39,690 bases of DNA from an uncultured Candidatus Saccharibacteria bacterium. GTDB lineage: Bacteria > Patescibacteriota > Minisyncoccia > UBA6257 > WO2-44-18. The position numbers were made by a program, and so were the translations under genes. The notes beneath the pieces were generated by a model that saw only the letters and a list, made by a program, of their open reading frames with translations, ran no database searches and had not been told where the DNA came from. Below, in pieces: positions 27,678-35,343 of this stretch (the first letter of the stretch is position 1; each line of letters opens with the position of its first letter). The DNA lies in contig CAYJVO010000004.1 in assembly GCA_964373675.1 (NCBI GenBank), positions 1-39,690 on the forward strand, read 5' to 3'.

Positions 27678-27720
27678 AATTCGTCCCTCAAGAAACTGGA
27701 TTTATTGTAGGATAATTAAT

Positions 27721-28368
27721 GTGAAAGGCAAATGGCTAATCGGAATAGACGAGGTGGGCAGAGGGCCGCTGGCAGGACCTGTAACCGTCGCCGCTGTTGC
27801 GGTTCCGGTAAATTTCAAAATCCCATGCCTACCGGCAGGCAGGCAAATGACAAATTATAAGACCAAACTTAAAGATTCTAAAAAACTTACCGTGAAACAA
27901 AGAGAAGAATGGGTTAGTTACGTTAAAAACCACCCCAAGATTTTTTATGCCGCTGCCTCGGTTTACTCAAAAGTGATTGACCGCATCAATATTTCTCAAG
28001 CGGCGAATTTGGCAGCAACCCGTGCCATCCGGCGACTAATGACTAATGACAAACGACTTATGACCCGGAAATTTAAAATTGTTTTAGATGGTGGGTTGTA
28101 TTTACATAAGTCGTTAGTTATTAGCCGTAAGTTGTTAGTTCGCACCGTAGTGCGCGGCGATGAAAAATATAATTGCATAAAACTCGCCTCCATTGTCGCC
28201 AAGGTGCGGCGTGACCGTTTAATGAGGCGATGTCACAAAAAATACCCAAAATACGGATTTGACCGGCATAAAGGATACGGCACCAAAGCGCACCTTGCCG
28301 CCATCAACAAACACGGTCCCTGTAACCTGCACCGGTTGACTTTTATTAAAAACTTTATTAGCGTTTAG
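27721..28368 (+). CDS. rnhB: Ribonuclease HII
   Basis: IGIDEVGRGPLAGPV, LKDSKKL, VLDG, GDEK...ASIVAKVRRD, HKGYGTKAH. GTG 27721 is the likely start. Confidence 0.95.
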   Translation: MKGKWLIGIDEVGRGPLAGPVTVAAVAVPVNFKIPCLPAGRQMTNYKTKLKDSKKLTVKQREEWVSYVKNHPKIFYAAASVYSKVIDRINISQAANLAATRAIRRLMTNDKRLMTRKFKIVLDGGLYLHKSLVISRKLLVRTVVRGDEKYNCIKLASIVAKVRRDRLMRRCHKKYPKYGFDRHKGYGTKAHLAAINKHGPCNLHRLTFIKNFISV

Positions 28369-28443
28369 GGTGTAGCGTTTGGCGTATAAGGTTTTGCGGC
28401 TAGGCCCCCCTAATCGCTAGACCCTAACCGCTAATCGCTCTAA
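28359..28443. repeat. Heptamer-repeat inverted arms (TAGCGTT / CTAATCG)
   Basis: tagcgtt-tagggtg-tagcgtt-tggcgta ... ctaatcg-ctagacc-ctaaccg-ctaatcg; overlaps the rnhB stop. Confidence 0.75.
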
Positions 28444-28446
28444 AGC

Positions 28447-28608
28447 ATGGGTGGCGTACCAGTAAAACATCATTCTAAATCAAAAGTAGGCCGTCGCCGG
28501 TCCCACCTTGCTCTTAAAAAAGCAAGTATTTTTGTTTGTCCAAATTGTCAAGGACCCGTACTGCCTCATAGAGTGTGTAGCCAATGTGGGACGTATGAGA
28601 AGAAGTGA
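28447..28608 (+). CDS. rpmF: 50S ribosomal protein L32 (not in ORF track)
   Basis: Manual translation MGGVPVKHHSKSKVGRRRSHLALKKASIFVCPNCQGPVLPHRVCSQCGTYEKK; Zn-ribbon form. Confidence 0.95.
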   Translation: MGGVPVKHHSKSKVGRRRSHLALKKASIFVCPNCQGPVLPHRVCSQCGTYEKK

Positions 28609-28633
28609 TTTCATTAGTTCTTCTGTTCATTTA

Positions 28634-28756
28634 AATTTCTAATTAACCTAATTGATTTAATTTCTAAACAATGACCAAGCACCAATTGCTAAATAATTTA
28701 GTTATTAGTCATTGGGATTTGTTTAGGTCAATTAGAAATTAGAACAATTAGAAATT
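28634..28756. repeat. AT-rich inverted-repeat element, copy 2
   Basis: Left arm 33/35 and right arm 28/31 identical to the copy at 5291-5373, with an extra internal heptamer arm pair. Confidence 0.85.
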
Positions 28757-28763
28757 TTGCAAT

Positions 28764-29213
28764 ATGGCTACCCGTCAATTAGTTCGCTCTGTTGTTCTTC
28801 AGTCTCTTTACGAATGGGACTTTTATCATCGCAAAAACGATTTTAGTAAAATTTTAGAGCGCAATTTGGCCGAGTTTGCTCCGGGAATTGATGAGCCAGA
28901 ATTTGCCTGGAAATTAGCGAAGGGGATCATTGATCATTTAGACGAGTTGAATAAGATAATTGTTAAAGCCGCGCCTGAGTGGCCCCTGGAACAAATCGCC
29001 GTAGTTGATCGCAATGCTTTGCGCATTGGACTTTATGAATTACTATATGCCGATCCCAACGAAGTTCCTCCCAAAGTGGCTATTAATGAGGCGATTGAGA
29101 TTTCTAAAAATTACGGCGGCCCCAATTCTGGAAAATTCATTAACGGCGTTCTCGGCACCATATACAAACAATTAGTGGAGTCGGGTAGGATTAAAGAAGT
29201 GCCAAAGGAATAA
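28764..29213 (+). CDS. nusB: Transcription antitermination factor NusB
   Basis: [44 protein letters not shown]. Confidence 0.97.
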   Translation: MATRQLVRSVVLQSLYEWDFYHRKNDFSKILERNLAEFAPGIDEPEFAWKLAKGIIDHLDELNKIIVKAAPEWPLEQIAVVDRNALRIGLYELLYADPNEVPPKVAINEAIEISKNYGGPNSGKFINGVLGTIYKQLVESGRIKEVPKE

Positions 29214-29221
29214 AAAAATAA

Positions 29222-29297
29222 ATAGAATTTAGGATATAGAATGTAGAATTTAGGGATCGTTTCTTTCCCTAAATCCTATATTCTAAATTCTGTATTC
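29222..29297. repeat. Heptamer-repeat inverted arms (TAGAATT / AATTCTA)
   Basis: tagaatt-taggata-tagaatg-tagaatt-taggga ... tccctaaa-tcctata-ttctaaa-ttctgta-ttct. Confidence 0.8.
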
Positions 29298-29306
29298 TTC
29301 TATCGC

Positions 29307-29987
29307 ATGGATCTCTCTAAATTAGAAAAATCTCTCAACTATAAATTCAAAAACAAGAACTTGCTAAAAGAAGCGTTAACCCACCGTTCTTATTTGAATG
29401 AAAACCCCAAGTGGGGATTGCCTCATAATGAACGATTAGAGTTTTTGGGAGACGCGGTTTTGGAATTAGCAGTTACCGAGGAACTTTATAATCGCTTCCC
29501 CGATTATCCGGAGGGCCAGCTTACGGCTCTGCGGGCTGCTTTAGTTAACTATCAAATGATGGCCGATGTGGCGCGCGATCTTAATTTGGAAAAGCAAATT
29601 CTTTTGTCTCGCGGTGAAGCCAAAGATACTGGTAAAGCTAGAGACGTAATTTTGGCGAATGCCATGGAAGCCGTTATTGGCGCAGTTTATCTGGATAGTG
29701 ATTATAAGAAAGCCAAAAAAATGGTTATAGAAATCATTATGATTTATTTGGACGAAATAATTAAAAAAGGCCTTTACAAAGACGCCAAAAGTCTCCTTCA
29801 GGAAAAGATTCAAGCCACTAATAAGATCACGCCTACCTATAAAGTTTTGTCGGAAACCGGACCGGATCATGCCAAGGTTTTTACGGTAGGTGTTTATTTA
29901 GGTGAACAACTGCTGGCTACTGGCACCGGCGCCTCCAAACAAGAAGCAGAGACAGACGCGGCGCGCAAAGGGCTACCGCAATTGTAA
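29307..29987 (+). CDS. rnc: Ribonuclease III
   Basis: ALTHRSY, NERLEFLGDAVL; dsRBD GPDHAKVF...SKQEAE. Confidence 0.98.
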   Translation: MDLSKLEKSLNYKFKNKNLLKEALTHRSYLNENPKWGLPHNERLEFLGDAVLELAVTEELYNRFPDYPEGQLTALRAALVNYQMMADVARDLNLEKQILLSRGEAKDTGKARDVILANAMEAVIGAVYLDSDYKKAKKMVIEIIMIYLDEIIKKGLYKDAKSLLQEKIQATNKITPTYKVLSETGPDHAKVFTVGVYLGEQLLATGTGASKQEAETDAARKGLPQL

Positions 29988-30044
29988 GCCGGTTATTATT
30001 GTGCTTAAATTTTAGAAGCTGTTTTACAGTTTGTTGGATTGGCA

Positions 30045-31868
30045 ATGGACGATGATCGCGATCGGCCGAAAATTAAAATGCCTTGGCTTTGGATTGTGAT
30101 AATGGCGGTTTTTATTTTTCTTCTGGCCAATATTTCGGGCAGAGGCGAAACAAGAAAGGAAGTGCCGGCTAGCGAAATTTACGCCGCATTGGAAAACGGC
30201 AAAATAGAGAAACTGATTATTGCCGGCGGCAGCGGAACGGTTTATGCGGATTTAAAGGATAATGTCAAGGTATGGGCGAATGTTGTAGACGCAGCTGCTT
30301 TGGAAAAAAGAGCTGTTGAGAAAGGCATCAATGTGGAAGTCCGGTACGGCTCCGGCTGGGGGGACATTTTGCTTAGCTTTTTGCCTTGGGTAGTCATTTT
30401 GGCAGTGATTTATTTTCTTTTTTGGCGACCCATGCTTGCCAACCGATCCGGTTCTAATGGCGTTTTTGATTTTGGCAAGAGTAAAGCCAAGCTTATTATT
30501 GAACGGCCCGGAGTAACATTTGAGGACATAGCGGGTTGTGACGAAGCCAAGGAAGAGGTTAAAGACCTCATTACTTATTTGGAGAATCCAGTAGAATATT
30601 TGAAAACTGTTGCGCGGCCGCCCAGAGGAGTTTTATTTGTCGGTCCGCCTGGCACAGGCAAGACGATGATGGCGAAGGCCGTTGCTAATGCGGCCAAGGC
30701 GCCTTTTTTAAGTATTCGGGGATCGGATTTCGTTGAAATGTTTGTCGGCGTAGGAGCAGCTCGGGTGCGGGATCTTTTTGCAACCGGGCGGCGTTGCGTC
30801 AATCGGTACGGCCGCTGCGTCATATTTGTTGATGAAATTAACGCTATTGGCGCAAGGCGGCACGTTCTTTCCACCAACGGAAGCAACGATGAGCGCGATC
30901 AGGCGCTTCATGCTTTGCTAGCGGAAATGGACGGTTTTGATTCCGCTGAAGGTTTGATTGTTCTGGCCGCGACTAATAGTCCTGAAGTTTTGGATCCGGC
31001 TTTGTTAAGGTCAGGCCGATTTGATAGCCAAATAATGTTTGGTTTGCCGGATATTAATGGCAGAGAAGCAATTTTAAAAGTTCATGTTCGCAATGTTAGT
31101 TTGGATCCGGTTGTTGATTTGAGAAAGATCGCGTCCGAAACACCGGGAGCATCGGGAGCTGACCTAGAAAATATTATTAACCAAGCCGGTAGGATAGCTA
31201 AAAGAAGGGGAGCCGATTTGATTTCTCAAAACGATTTTTACGAAGCAATTGACCGAGTTGCTTTAGGTGCCAAAAGAAACATATTACTGTCGTCGGAAGA
31301 TCTGGAGCGGTGCGCCTATCACGAGTTGGGGCATACGTTGGTCGGATACTTTTTGAACGGACAATCGGCGGTTCGCAAAGTGACGATCATTCCCAGAGGT
31401 TTAAGTTTGGGCGCCACTCATTTTTATCATAAGGAGGAGTACATTAAGACCGAAAAGAATTTGAAAAATAATTTGGCCGTCGCCTTGGGAGGAAGAGTGG
31501 TAGAAAAAATGAAATTCGGGGATTATTCCAGCGGAGCTGCAAGCGATCTTGCAACTGCTACGGAGATCGCCAAGAAAATGGTTTGCGAATGGGGGATGGA
31601 CAATTGCATCGGTTCTACGGTTTTCGGCCGAGAAGAAACTTTATTTTTAGGCGGACGCACGATTATTGAGTGCTCGGAGGAAACCAAGCGGATTATTGAA
31701 GAAGCAATAAAGAAGCTCTTAGAGGCAGCCGAGGGAGAGGCCTATAAGCTGTTGAATGAAAATCAGGGGTTGTTAGATTCTTTGTTTAAAGAATTACGAG
31801 AAAAAGAGACCTTAAGCGGAGAAATGCTGAATGAATTAATAAAAAATTTTGAGTCCACTAAACAATAG
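30045..31868 (+). CDS. ftsH: ATP-dependent zinc metalloprotease FtsH
   Basis: Two TM helices, GPPGTGKT, GSDFVEMFVGVGAARVRDLF, LDPALLRSGRFD, AYHELGH (HExxH). Confidence 0.93.
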   Translation: MDDDRDRPKIKMPWLWIVIMAVFIFLLANISGRGETRKEVPASEIYAALENGKIEKLIIAGGSGTVYADLKDNVKVWANVVDAAALEKRAVEKGINVEVRYGSGWGDILLSFLPWVVILAVIYFLFWRPMLANRSGSNGVFDFGKSKAKLIIERPGVTFEDIAGCDEAKEEVKDLITYLENPVEYLKTVARPPRGVLFVGPPGTGKTMMAKAVANAAKAPFLSIRGSDFVEMFVGVGAARVRDLFATGRRCVNRYGRCVIFVDEINAIGARRHVLSTNGSNDERDQALHALLAEMDGFDSAEGLIVLAATNSPEVLDPALLRSGRFDSQIMFGLPDINGREAILKVHVRNVSLDPVVDLRKIASETPGASGADLENIINQAGRIAKRRGADLISQNDFYEAIDRVALGAKRNILLSSEDLERCAYHELGHTLVGYFLNGQSAVRKVTIIPRGLSLGATHFYHKEEYIKTEKNLKNNLAVALGGRVVEKMKFGDYSSGAASDLATATEIAKKMVCEWGMDNCIGSTVFGREETLFLGGRTIIECSEETKRIIEEAIKKLLEAAEGEAYKLLNENQGLLDSLFKELREKETLSGEMLNELIKNFESTKQ

Positions 31869-31880
31869 TGGGCTTTTTAA

Positions 31881-31924
31881 TTGACTAGTATCGCGGCCGG
31901 GAGTATTTTTGAGATAGGTTCTAT
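31881..31924 (+). promoter_or_regulatory. Promoter block, copy 1 of a 44-bp direct repeat flanking smc
   Basis: TTGACT-17-TATTTT; 38/44 identical to 34130-34173. Confidence 0.7.
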
Positions 31925-34124
31925 GTATTTAAAGAGATTAGAATTATCGGGTTTTAAATCTTTTGCATCCAAAACCGCGCTTGATTTTCCGGCTGGCATT
32001 ACGGCCATCGTCGGTCCAAATGGCAGCGGCAAGTCTAATATTATTGACGCCATCCGCTGGCTCTTAGGCGAGCGGGAAGCGAAAAATATCCGCGGCGCCA
32101 AAGCCGAGGACTTAATTTTTTCCGGCACGCCCCACCGACCACGAATGGGAATGGCGCAGGCAACCATGGTATTTGACAACACAAGCAAATTCTTTCCGGT
32201 TGATTATGATGAGGTGGCCGTTACGCGTAAAGTGAGCCGCGATGGGACTTCCCAGTATTTTTTAAATAATGCCGAAGTGCGGCTTAAAGATATTATAGAT
32301 TTTTTTGCCAAAGCAAGATTGGGAACCAAAGGTTTAACCATCGTTAATCAGGGCAATAGTGATATTTTTGTGCAGGCCGCTCCAAAAGAACGGCGTATTA
32401 TGATTGAAGAAGTGCTTGGTTTGCGGCAGTATCAAATCAAAAAACACGATGCTGAACTAAAGCTGGAAAATACGAAGATTAATTTAGACAAGGTTAAGGC
32501 ATTAACAGAGGAGATTGGGCCGCATTTGCGGCTTTTGCGTCGGCAGGCTTCCAAATGGGAAAAGCAGTCGGACTTAGAACAAGAATTACGCAGTTTGGAG
32601 CAGGAGTACTTCGGCGGTAAATCGGGTTTATTGGAAAAGGAACAGAAAGGACTAGAACCGCAGCTTAAGAGGATAGAGGATAGAGGAAAAGAGAAAAGAG
32701 AAGAATTAAAACAACTGCAAACAGAATTAACAGAGGTGGAGAAATCCGGTCCTAAGGGCAGCCGGGATTTTGAGGATTTTAGAAAGAGGCAGACGGAATT
32801 TTTTAACCGCAAATCGCAAGTTCAAAAAGAATTAGGGCGTTTGGAGGCGCAGATAGAATTTTTATTGCGTCAGCCAAAATCAGAAATCAGAGCCGCGGAA
32901 GCGGCAGATCTTTTGGAAGAGGTCCGCCGAGCCATTCGGTCGGCTTTAGAAGAAAAGGATTTTGCGGCAGCGCGCCAATCGCTTTCTGATTTAGTAAAAA
33001 AGATTGAAAATATGCTGGCCGGAGATCAAACTGATCGCGATTCCAAGATAAAAGAATTGGAAAAATCAAAAAACAAACTGTTGTCTCAGCTGACCGAAAT
33101 TGACCGTGAACTAAGTGATTTAAATTCTGCCGAAGTAAAATTCACCGAGGAATTAAGGGGCTTTAATGCGGTTTTTAGAAAAGCTTTTGAGGCCGTAGAG
33201 ACCAAAAAAGAAGAAATTCAGAAATTAGAAAATGAGAAAAACAAACTTTTATTTGATCAGGAGCGCATTAATATTCGCTACCAAGAGTTAGAGAATTTTG
33301 CCGCCCAAGCCGGCAGAAAAATTTCCGAATTCGCGTCTCTGTTTAAAGAAAGCATTAATTTTTCAGATTTAGAGAAAAGAATGCTGAAATTGCGCGGTGA
33401 TTTGGCCAGCATCGGCGAACTGGATCCGGCTTTGATGAAAGAAGCGCAGGAAACCGAAGCCCGTTACAACTTTTTAACTAAGCAATCGGATGATTTAGAG
33501 AAGGCTTCCAACGATCTCGCGCTTCTTATTAAAGAACTGGATGCAAAGATCCATGATGAATTTAACAAATCACTCAAAGCCATTAACGAACAATTCAGTA
33601 ATTATTTCCGGCTGATGTTTGGCGGCGGCCGGGCTCAGCTTCGCTTAGAGAAGAAAGAGGATAGAGTAGAGAGATTGGCTTCGGAAGAAGTGGAGCTGGA
33701 GAAATTATCCGCCGAAGGCGGGTCCGCCTTTGACGGGAAGGATGCGGATCAAGAACACCGAGTGGATCACGGAGGTTTGGAAGTCGCAGTCAGCATTCCG
33801 CGAAAAAAAATCAGCAGTTTGGATATGCTTTCCGGCGGTGAAAAAAGTTTAGTGTCCATCGCCGCTTTATTTGCATTGATTTCCGTAAGCCCGCCGCCAT
33901 TTTTAGTGCTGGATGAAGTGGATGCGTCGCTTGATGAACAAAATGCCAAACGTTTTGCCGATCTTGTCAAAGATTTTTCCCAAAAAACTCAGTTCTTATT
34001 AGTAACCCATAATCGGGCGACTATGGAAGCGGCCGATATTTTATACGGAATTACAATGGGAGAAGATGGCACCTCGCGCGTGCTTTCTTTAAAAATGGAA
34101 TTTGAGGAAGTTGTAAAACAGTAA
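31923..34124 (+). CDS. smc: Short SMC-family ATPase (733 aa, no recognisable hinge)
   Basis: MYLKRLELSGFKSF, GPNGSGKSN, coiled coils, LSGGEKS, LVLDEVDASLD, VTHN. Confidence 0.9.
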   Translation: MYLKRLELSGFKSFASKTALDFPAGITAIVGPNGSGKSNIIDAIRWLLGEREAKNIRGAKAEDLIFSGTPHRPRMGMAQATMVFDNTSKFFPVDYDEVAVTRKVSRDGTSQYFLNNAEVRLKDIIDFFAKARLGTKGLTIVNQGNSDIFVQAAPKERRIMIEEVLGLRQYQIKKHDAELKLENTKINLDKVKALTEEIGPHLRLLRRQASKWEKQSDLEQELRSLEQEYFGGKSGLLEKEQKGLEPQLKRIEDRGKEKREELKQLQTELTEVEKSGPKGSRDFEDFRKRQTEFFNRKSQVQKELGRLEAQIEFLLRQPKSEIRAAEAADLLEEVRRAIRSALEEKDFAAARQSLSDLVKKIENMLAGDQTDRDSKIKELEKSKNKLLSQLTEIDRELSDLNSAEVKFTEELRGFNAVFRKAFEAVETKKEEIQKLENEKNKLLFDQERINIRYQELENFAAQAGRKISEFASLFKESINFSDLEKRMLKLRGDLASIGELDPALMKEAQETEARYNFLTKQSDDLEKASNDLALLIKELDAKIHDEFNKSLKAINEQFSNYFRLMFGGGRAQLRLEKKEDRVERLASEEVELEKLSAEGGSAFDGKDADQEHRVDHGGLEVAVSIPRKKISSLDMLSGGEKSLVSIAALFALISVSPPPFLVLDEVDASLDEQNAKRFADLVKDFSQKTQFLLVTHNRATMEAADILYGITMGEDGTSRVLSLKMEFEEVVKQ

Positions 34125-34129
34125 TGTAT

Positions 34130-34173
34130 TTGACTCGTATCGCGGCTGGAGATATCTTTGAGATAGGTTCTAT
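34130..34173 (+). promoter_or_regulatory. Promoter block, copy 2 of the 44-bp direct repeat
   Basis: TTGACT-17-TATCTT. Confidence 0.7.
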
Positions 34174-34199
34174 ACAAGCGGTTCGTTTACAGGTGACTA

Positions 34200-34322
34200 A
34201 TGGAAGACAAAATCGGAAAGTGGAAACCGAATCCGATAGAGTTAGTCGTCATCATTGCCGTGTTTTTGATTCTGGCGGCTTTAGCTGTAATGATCTACAG
34301 TTATGTAAAATCTCTTTCTTGA
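34200..34322 (+). CDS. 40-aa single-TM peptide resembling a pilin N-terminal helix (not in ORF track)
   Basis: MEDKIGKWKPNPIELVVIIAVFLILAALAVMIYSYVKSLS; AGGTGA upstream, hairpin agagggtt...aaccctct downstream. Confidence 0.6.
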   Translation: MEDKIGKWKPNPIELVVIIAVFLILAALAVMIYSYVKSLS

Positions 34323-34349
34323 ACAGAGGGTTTATTCAACCCTCTATAT

Positions 34350-34427
34350 TTTACCCCCGCACCTAATGAGTTTCGTAAAAAATCCCCAATATAGTCGGAG
34401 AAAAACTCATTAGGTGCGGGGGTTTAC
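34350..34427. repeat. CCCCGCAC-family element with perfect 21-bp arms and TTTAC at both junctions
   Basis: acccccgcacctaatgagttt (34353-34373) / aaactcattaggtgcgggggt (34403-34423). Confidence 0.85.
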
Positions 34428-34466
34428 CCTTTGACCTTAATTTTTTCTTTTGCTAAACTGTTGGTT

Positions 34467-34835
34467 ATGTTAGCTATTAAATTAAAGAGAATCGGCAAAA
34501 AACATCAAGCAGCCTTCCGCGTCATTGTTGACGAAAAACGGCATCGTCTTCAGGGAAAAAATGTGGAAGATTTAGGTTGGTACAATCCGAGCCAAGACAA
34601 ATTTGAGATTAACAAAGAGCGGGTACAGCATTGGCTGAAAATCGGCGCTAAACCCACGGACACTGTTCACAACTTATTGGTCTCCGCCGGCGCTATTGAG
34701 GGTAAGAAAATTCCGGTTCACAAAAAGCCAAAAATTAAGAGAGAATCCGCGCCGGCCACTTCCCCCGCGGCCGAAACCAGCGTTTCCCAGCCGACCAAAG
34801 AAGAAAAATCAGCAGAAGTAGCTCCTCAGGCATAG
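34467..34835 (+). CDS. rpsP: 30S ribosomal protein S16
   Basis: MLAIKLKRIGKKHQAAFRVIV, EDLGWYNP, WLKIGAKPTDTV; promoter TTGACC-17-TAAACT, 7 nt before ATG. Confidence 0.96.
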   Translation: MLAIKLKRIGKKHQAAFRVIVDEKRHRLQGKNVEDLGWYNPSQDKFEINKERVQHWLKIGAKPTDTVHNLLVSAGAIEGKKIPVHKKPKIKRESAPATSPAAETSVSQPTKEEKSAEVAPQA

Positions 34836-34837
34836 GA

Positions 34838-34885
34838 TTGACCCCGCCCCGAGCCGAGCAGTGCTCGATCTGGGGCGGGGTTGAC
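34838..34885. repeat. CCCCGC-family hairpin with TTGAC at both junctions, abutting the khpA promoter
   Basis: TTGAC cccgccccgagccgagcagtgctcgatctggggcgggg TTGAC; the right TTGACA is the -35 of TTGACA-17-TATAAT. Confidence 0.8.
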
Positions 34886-34958
34886 AGCCGGGTCGGCATT
34901 TGCTATAATAGCAATCAGTTTTTAAAGGTCGTTAGAATTGATAGAATTTCATAACGAA

Positions 34959-35249
34959 ATGGCAAAAGCTGTAGATCAGGAATTCCTGGATTATCTTGTA
35001 AAGTCTATCGTTGATCATCCGGATGATGTGAAGGTTGATCGCAAAGTAGACGAGATGGGGGTGTTGCTTTCTTTGAAAGTAAACCCGCAAGATATGGGCC
35101 AAGTCGTTGGGCGTCAAGGTTCCACGGCAAAGGCCATCCGGTCTCTTTTGAGAATCGTGGGCATTAAAAATAATGCCCGCGTTAACCTCAAGATTGAAGA
35201 GCCGGAAGGTTCAACTCGCGGAGTTCGTACTCCGAGATCAGAGGAATAA
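34959..35249 (+). CDS. khpA: KH-domain RNA-binding protein KhpA
   Basis: LVKSIVDHPDDV, DMGQVVGRQGSTAKAIRSLL; between rpsP and trmD. Confidence 0.9.
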   Translation: MAKAVDQEFLDYLVKSIVDHPDDVKVDRKVDEMGVLLSLKVNPQDMGQVVGRQGSTAKAIRSLLRIVGIKNNARVNLKIEEPEGSTRGVRTPRSEE

Positions 35250-35264
35250 CCTTTGAAAAAATAA

Positions 35265-35333
35265 TAAACCAAAACCCCGCCATACCCCGCACATAAGAAG
35301 TTATGTATGGGGCAAGCGCGGGGTTTTGGTTTA
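35265..35333. repeat. Terminator-like 16-bp inverted repeat with a CCCCGCAC hairpin nested in its loop
   Basis: Outer taaaccaaaaccccgc / gcggggttttggttta; inner ccccgcacataa / ttatgtatgggg. Confidence 0.8.
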
Positions 35334-35343
35334 TAATTTACCT

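Noticed and set aside
27493..27720. N-terminal extension of RnhB in the ORF track
   Set aside because: Overlaps the opposite-strand protease gene; homology begins at GTG 27721.
6380..28608. Alternative genetic code (TGA as Gly)
   Set aside because: dedA, dnaE and rpmF end at TGA at their expected C-termini, and conserved genes have no internal TGA.
34124..34366. 80-aa ORF resembling the smc N-terminal extension
   Set aside because: The similarity is just translation of the duplicated promoter; the 40-aa ORF in another frame has SD and TM features.
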